DNA from: an uncultured archaeon
GTDB lineage: Archaea > Asgardarchaeota > Lokiarchaeia > Sigyniarchaeales > SOKP01
NCBI GenBank assembly: GCA_964632315.1
Contig: CAZWEM010000002.1
Span: 64,001-128,000, forward strand
DNA: 64,000 nt
Direction of reading: 5' to 3'
The notes beneath the pieces were generated by a model, which was not told the origin of the DNA, did not search any database, and worked only from the letters and a program-made list of their open reading frames with translations. A program made the position numbers and the translations under genes. Shown here one piece after another: positions 59,560 to 64,000 of this stretch (position 1 is the first letter of the stretch; each line of letters begins with the position of its first letter).

Positions 59560-60354
59560 ATGAAAAATAATGTAATGATCTCTGTTAGAGATTTGAAGAA
59601 ATTCTTCGGAGAAGTAAAAGCTGTAAATGGAATTTCTTTTGATGTGTATAAAGGTGAGGTTTTTGGTCTTTTAGGACCAAATGGAGCCGGTAAAACAACC
59701 ACTATCAAGCTTTTACTTGGTTTATTAGAACCGAATGAGGGTGAAATCGAAGTATTAGGACTTGATCCAGAGAGGGATGAAATAAAAATAAAAAGTAGGG
59801 TGGGGTACGTTTCAGAGGAACCCTTGATATTCAAATCACTGACTCCTAAAGATTTGTTTAATTTTATTGCTTCAATAAGGCAATTAGACCCTATAGAGGC
59901 TTCCGAAAAAGCCTATGAATACATGGAAAGTTTAGGAGCATTGGATTATTACCAACAACTCATTGCAACTTTATCTCATGGCAATAAGCAAAAGATCCAG
60001 GTAATTGCAGCAATATTACATGACCCTGATTTATTAATCTTGGATGAACCTTTAGCTGGATTAGATGCTAAATCGGTAAAAGTAATGAAAGAAATTTTAG
60101 ATATTCATCTCGAGAAGGGAGGAGCTGTGTTATTTTCAACTCACATAATGGAAGTTGCTCAAGAATTGTGCGATCGAATTGGTATCATAAACAATGGAAA
60201 ATTAGTTGGAATAGGTACAATAGATGAATTAAGAACTCAAGCGGATAAAATTGGAGCGAACTTAGAGGATGTCTTCCTTAGATTAACAGAACAAGATAAG
60301 TCTGTTGAAGAAATTGTGAAAAGGTTACGAAAGTCTTTCAATAATAAGAGATAA
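59560..60354 (+). CDS. ABC transporter ATP-binding protein
   Basis: GPNGAGKTT, LSHGNKQK, LLILDEP, STH. Confidence 0.95.
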   Translation: MKNNVMISVRDLKKFFGEVKAVNGISFDVYKGEVFGLLGPNGAGKTTTIKLLLGLLEPNEGEIEVLGLDPERDEIKIKSRVGYVSEEPLIFKSLTPKDLFNFIASIRQLDPIEASEKAYEYMESLGALDYYQQLIATLSHGNKQKIQVIAAILHDPDLLILDEPLAGLDAKSVKVMKEILDIHLEKGGAVLFSTHIMEVAQELCDRIGIINNGKLVGIGTIDELRTQADKIGANLEDVFLRLTEQDKSVEEIVKRLRKSFNNKR

Positions 60355-60368
60355 AGGTAAGGTTACTA

Positions 60369-63017
60369 ATGTCTAAGCAAAAATTGAGCCTATTTAAATT
60401 AGCAAAATATACCAACCTCGAAGTTGTCATGGAGGCGCAAGTCCAATCAACAGGTGCGAACCAAACGAGATTAATGGAAAAATACAAAAAAAATAAAAAT
60501 AGTATAAAAAATCAAGCGATAGCATTAAAGATTGCATATGGATTTTTATTAACGTTTATTGTTGTCTTGCCTATCGTTGCATATTTTCAACTTATTGAAT
60601 ATTTCTCTACTGGATCAACTGAAGTAAATGCTGGCTTGTTTGCAGCAACCATCATTTTCGCTATTTTCTTTGCGATGCAAATCGGATATTTATTAATATT
60701 AGGTTTACTAAATATTTCAGCTTTAATGACAGGAGAGGCATTTCGTTGGTTTGAAACTTTACCAATATCAGAAAATAAGTTAAACAAATTAGGATTCCTT
60801 ACAGTATTTCGTAATATTGATGTGGGATTAATATTACTCGCACTGGCCTTTCCTATAGTAATGGTAATCATCACCCAAAACCTATTGTTTTTTGTTATTA
60901 GTATTTTTATATCACTGATCAATGTTTTCTTTGCATTTAGTATATTAATCATAGTTGGAGAGAGAATCAGTCGGATATTTAGGGTTCAAGAGGTCAACTC
61001 CAAAAGAGCTACTCTAATCCGCCTAATCACAATGATTGGCTATTTTATTCTTGTTTTTAGCATGTCATTATTCCTAAATTTGGCAATTGCAATTGTAGAT
61101 AATTTATTCGTCGCCGTCTCTACAATTGAGAATCTTCAAGAATTAAATTTAATTTTCAGTTTAATTCCCTTCCCATTTTCTTCCAGCTATATTTTGGCAA
61201 TGACTCTTGATCCTGGAAGATTTTCAATGATGCAATGGATGTTATCTGTCATTGGACTTCTCCTATATTGTGGAATTACATGGTTTGTATATAAAAAAGC
61301 AGTGAAATCTATGCGAACTGTCACCATGTCTTCTACATTAGAAATTAAAAGCGGAAGAACGAGTGAAGTAGAACGATTAGATGTTGTTATAGAAACTAGA
61401 TCTCCAATATTGGCATACATTCGCAAGGATCTTTCAGTCGCAACAAAAGACATTCAAATGCTAATGTTTATTTTAATGCCCATCATTCTCCCGACGATAA
61501 TGGTTGTTACAATTATGGGGACTGCAGGGGCCGAGATTGGTGGAGAATTTTTAGTTCTCTGGACAATCGTGACAATATATTTTCCTGTTATTGCTTTAAT
61601 GTTAATAGCAGGATTTTTAAACGTGGAAGATTCTGGAGCCTCAATTCTGGCTTCTCTGCCCTTGAATCCCCGAGATCAAATGAAAGCAAAAATGATCATG
61701 ATGTTAACAATTACCACCATTTCTTACATTTTACCAGTTTTTATAATGCTTTTCAATCCCGCGCTTTCCGATTATACAGGGTTATTCATTTCATGGTATC
61801 CAATAGTCTTAATGTTTTTGATGATCGGATTCCAAATGAAACTTCGATTATTCGGAAGGATGAAATATAAATATGTTTTAGAAGAAGTAAATGCTGAACA
61901 TAAAACGTGGAAATGGATCTTTATTGGGAGTGTCGAATTCATAGTTTGTATCGCATTTATGATACTTGGTGTAATGTTAAATTTATTGTTCGGAATATTC
62001 GTGATGACTGTAGCTTTATTGGGAATGAGTTTAGGATCTTTAGCAATTTTATACGTTACCCTTAACTTAATGTTTCCAAAAAAACCAGGTTCAAAAAAAA
62101 CATTAGGAATTAGAGGTACGCTTCGAGAACATCCATTATTAGGAACCTTTGTATTATTAGTGATATATTTTGCATTCTTTTTTATTACGGATTTTGCTCT
62201 TTTACCGTTTTTACCACTTTTGCAATTGCTTCCATATACTTACGTTTTAATTTTTAATTTTTGCTTTCAATTCGGTTTTATGGCACTCCTTTGGTTTTAT
62301 ATTGTACCAAAAGGATTGAGACTACCTAACGATGATAGTAAATTTTCAGGTTTTTTAAAATCTATTAAACTATCAAACAAGAACCATCTTATTAGGAATG
62401 TTGTAATCGGATTACTTGCTTCCGCATCATTTTTCTTAAGCGTAACTATATTTGGCAACATTTTTGGGGAGCCAATTTATGATTTAGGTGTCCTCGTAGG
62501 AAACCCCAGATCTTCTGAAGCTTATTTTGGCTTTGGATGGTTTCTATTTATTTTGATGTTAATTCCGGGCATTTGGGAAGAAACATCATTTAGAGGAGTA
62601 ATAACTTCTCTTAATGAAAGAAAATACTCGAAAAGATCTGTTTTGATTTTTGTATCCTTTCTTTTTGGTGCCTTTCACCTAACAAATTTAATAGGAGCAC
62701 AGTTAACCGCTCAAACTAGTCCCACGTGGCTTCCATTTTGGTGGCTTCCTACAATTCTTCAAACATTTTACGCTTCGATGTTAGGATTGGTTTTTGGATA
62801 TATGGTTTTGAGAACAGGTAGTTTGATCCCAGCAATAATCACTCACTACTTAATTGATTCCGTAGGACAGTTTTTCTTAATAATTAATTTCAATAATAAT
62901 ATAATTTCATATATATGGTTTGACCTTATAGGTGTCGGTATTTTTCCTGCTGTTGTTGGAATTTTTTTAGTCTGGATTCTAACAAAATCAAAATCCCCGG
63001 AAGAACTTTTAAAATAA
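60369..63017 (+). CDS. ABC-2-type permease fused to C-terminal CPBP (Abi/Rce1) intramembrane protease
   Basis: Two permease halves (TLPIS; SLPL), then PGIWEETSFRG, FGAFH, GSLIPAIITH. Confidence 0.85.
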   Translation: MSKQKLSLFKLAKYTNLEVVMEAQVQSTGANQTRLMEKYKKNKNSIKNQAIALKIAYGFLLTFIVVLPIVAYFQLIEYFSTGSTEVNAGLFAATIIFAIFFAMQIGYLLILGLLNISALMTGEAFRWFETLPISENKLNKLGFLTVFRNIDVGLILLALAFPIVMVIITQNLLFFVISIFISLINVFFAFSILIIVGERISRIFRVQEVNSKRATLIRLITMIGYFILVFSMSLFLNLAIAIVDNLFVAVSTIENLQELNLIFSLIPFPFSSSYILAMTLDPGRFSMMQWMLSVIGLLLYCGITWFVYKKAVKSMRTVTMSSTLEIKSGRTSEVERLDVVIETRSPILAYIRKDLSVATKDIQMLMFILMPIILPTIMVVTIMGTAGAEIGGEFLVLWTIVTIYFPVIALMLIAGFLNVEDSGASILASLPLNPRDQMKAKMIMMLTITTISYILPVFIMLFNPALSDYTGLFISWYPIVLMFLMIGFQMKLRLFGRMKYKYVLEEVNAEHKTWKWIFIGSVEFIVCIAFMILGVMLNLLFGIFVMTVALLGMSLGSLAILYVTLNLMFPKKPGSKKTLGIRGTLREHPLLGTFVLLVIYFAFFFITDFALLPFLPLLQLLPYTYVLIFNFCFQFGFMALLWFYIVPKGLRLPNDDSKFSGFLKSIKLSNKNHLIRNVVIGLLASASFFLSVTIFGNIFGEPIYDLGVLVGNPRSSEAYFGFGWFLFILMLIPGIWEETSFRGVITSLNERKYSKRSVLIFVSFLFGAFHLTNLIGAQLTAQTSPTWLPFWWLPTILQTFYASMLGLVFGYMVLRTGSLIPAIITHYLIDSVGQFFLIINFNNNIISYIWFDLIGVGIFPAVVGIFLVWILTKSKSPEELLK

Positions 63018-63036
63018 GCAACAAATTCTCATTTTT

Positions 63037-63999
63037 TTATATTTTTATATATGCTAAACATAATCTTAAAACCTTTTCTAAGGCTCCTTTCTGTATTTTA
63101 TCAGTCGTATCTGTAGATTGGTGATAGAATTTGATCATTTCCCTGAGATCCATAGCACTAATATTAGCTGAGTGAATTTTTGCTTTTGAAAATGATGTTG
63201 CGTCAGTACCACCAGAGATCTGTCCGAACAATTTACTTATTCCTTTTTGTCCTCCTAATGAGGAATGGAGGACTTTTTCCCCAATTAAGGAAGCAGATTC
63301 TTTTAATTTACTAATAACTTGTTGAGAATGGTGTGTTCTTGTTGAGGGCTCATAATCAATAAGAGTTATGTTATTTACTGCTTGAATAGCATCCATATTG
63401 ACGCATTCTGAATTTTTAGCGATGAGTTCATCATGGTGTGCTTGCACATATCTTCGTGACCCTCTTAAACCTGCTTCTTCACAACCAAAAGAAATTAATC
63501 GTATTTCTGTATTAGGAGGGATAAAACTTTGATTCTTTTTCAGATATCGAGCAATCCCGATTAGTATCGCCACAGCACTAAGGTTATCAACAGCACCAGG
63601 GACTTTATTAGCTTTCTCACCTCGAGACACAAAAAAAAGCATACCTATAAAGGAAGGTATTGAAATAATGAAAAGTATTAATGATATAAGATATAATGTA
63701 TTAGGGATTAAAAATCCGATTAATGAGATTATTAAAAAGACAAACGAGAGGAAAGACCATAAGAATAATCCTAATAACCCAATTAAGATTAAAATAACAT
63801 AACCAATTTTTAGACGCTTTAACAAATTAAATTCTAAAGCGCTATCATGATGTCCTGAGAATATTAGCAAGTTTTCTGAATCTTCTTTGGCATTAAATTT
63901 ACCAATTACATTTTGAGATTTTTTTTCTTTGAATAAGGGATCGATAAACTCCCGATAATTGAAAAATTCATTCCACAAAATAAGATCAGCAAAAATGTT
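63037..63999 (-). CDS. M28 family metallopeptidase with TM insertion, 5' end outside the window
   Basis: NVIG, SGHHDS, PGAVDNLSAV, FGCEEAGLRGS, NMD, GTDA, YHQSTD; frame open to the window edge. Confidence 0.88.
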   Translation of the reverse strand, partial: NIFADLILWNEFFNYREFIDPLFKEKKSQNVIGKFNAKEDSENLLIFSGHHDSALEFNLLKRLKIGYVILILIGLLGLFLWSFLSFVFLIISLIGFLIPNTLYLISLILFIISIPSFIGMLFFVSRGEKANKVPGAVDNLSAVAILIGIARYLKKNQSFIPPNTEIRLISFGCEEAGLRGSRRYVQAHHDELIAKNSECVNMDAIQAVNNITLIDYEPSTRTHHSQQVISKLKESASLIGEKVLHSSLGGQKGISKLFGQISGGTDATSFSKAKIHSANISAMDLREMIKFYHQSTDTTDKIQKGALEKVLRLCLAYIKI

Positions 64000-64000
64000 A

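Noticed and set aside
1542-61453. Many short antisense or nested ORFs in the track (e.g. 1542-1928, 24627-25052, 31888-32304, 49219-49629, 60587-60952)
   Set aside because: Shadows of well-supported genes, with no motifs of their own

Overview
AT-rich archaeal chromosomal segment whose gene content points strongly to an Asgard archaeon (Lokiarchaeia-like). It has many eukaryotic-signature-type proteins: a Rag/Arf-like GTPase, longin/DENN-like proteins, a gelsolin-like protein, four HEAT+LRR proteins, a SNAP/TPR-Ig protein, a Bud23-like methyltransferase and eS25. It also has anaerobic redox/catabolic genes (2 AOR/WOR, FprA, GltD/Nfn-like, LutAB-like, KorDABC, a FrhB-PyrK fusion, a form IV RuBisCO-like protein, AMP phosphorylase), housekeeping genes (lig, hisS, hisC, pyrF, thiI-like) and one intron-containing tRNA-Ser(CGA). 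Two recoding phenomena are hidden from the ORF track. (1) An hdrA-mvhD bicistron has four in-frame UGA codons at conserved Cys positions, followed by one eukaryote-type SECIS (AUGA-11 nt-AAA...GA). (2) At least three genes have essential N-terminal domains upstream of any ATG/GTG/TTG, which implies initiation at ATT/ACG/TTT-type codons. I saw no CRISPR array, rRNA or mobile element. All family calls come from motif recognition by eye, without database searches.
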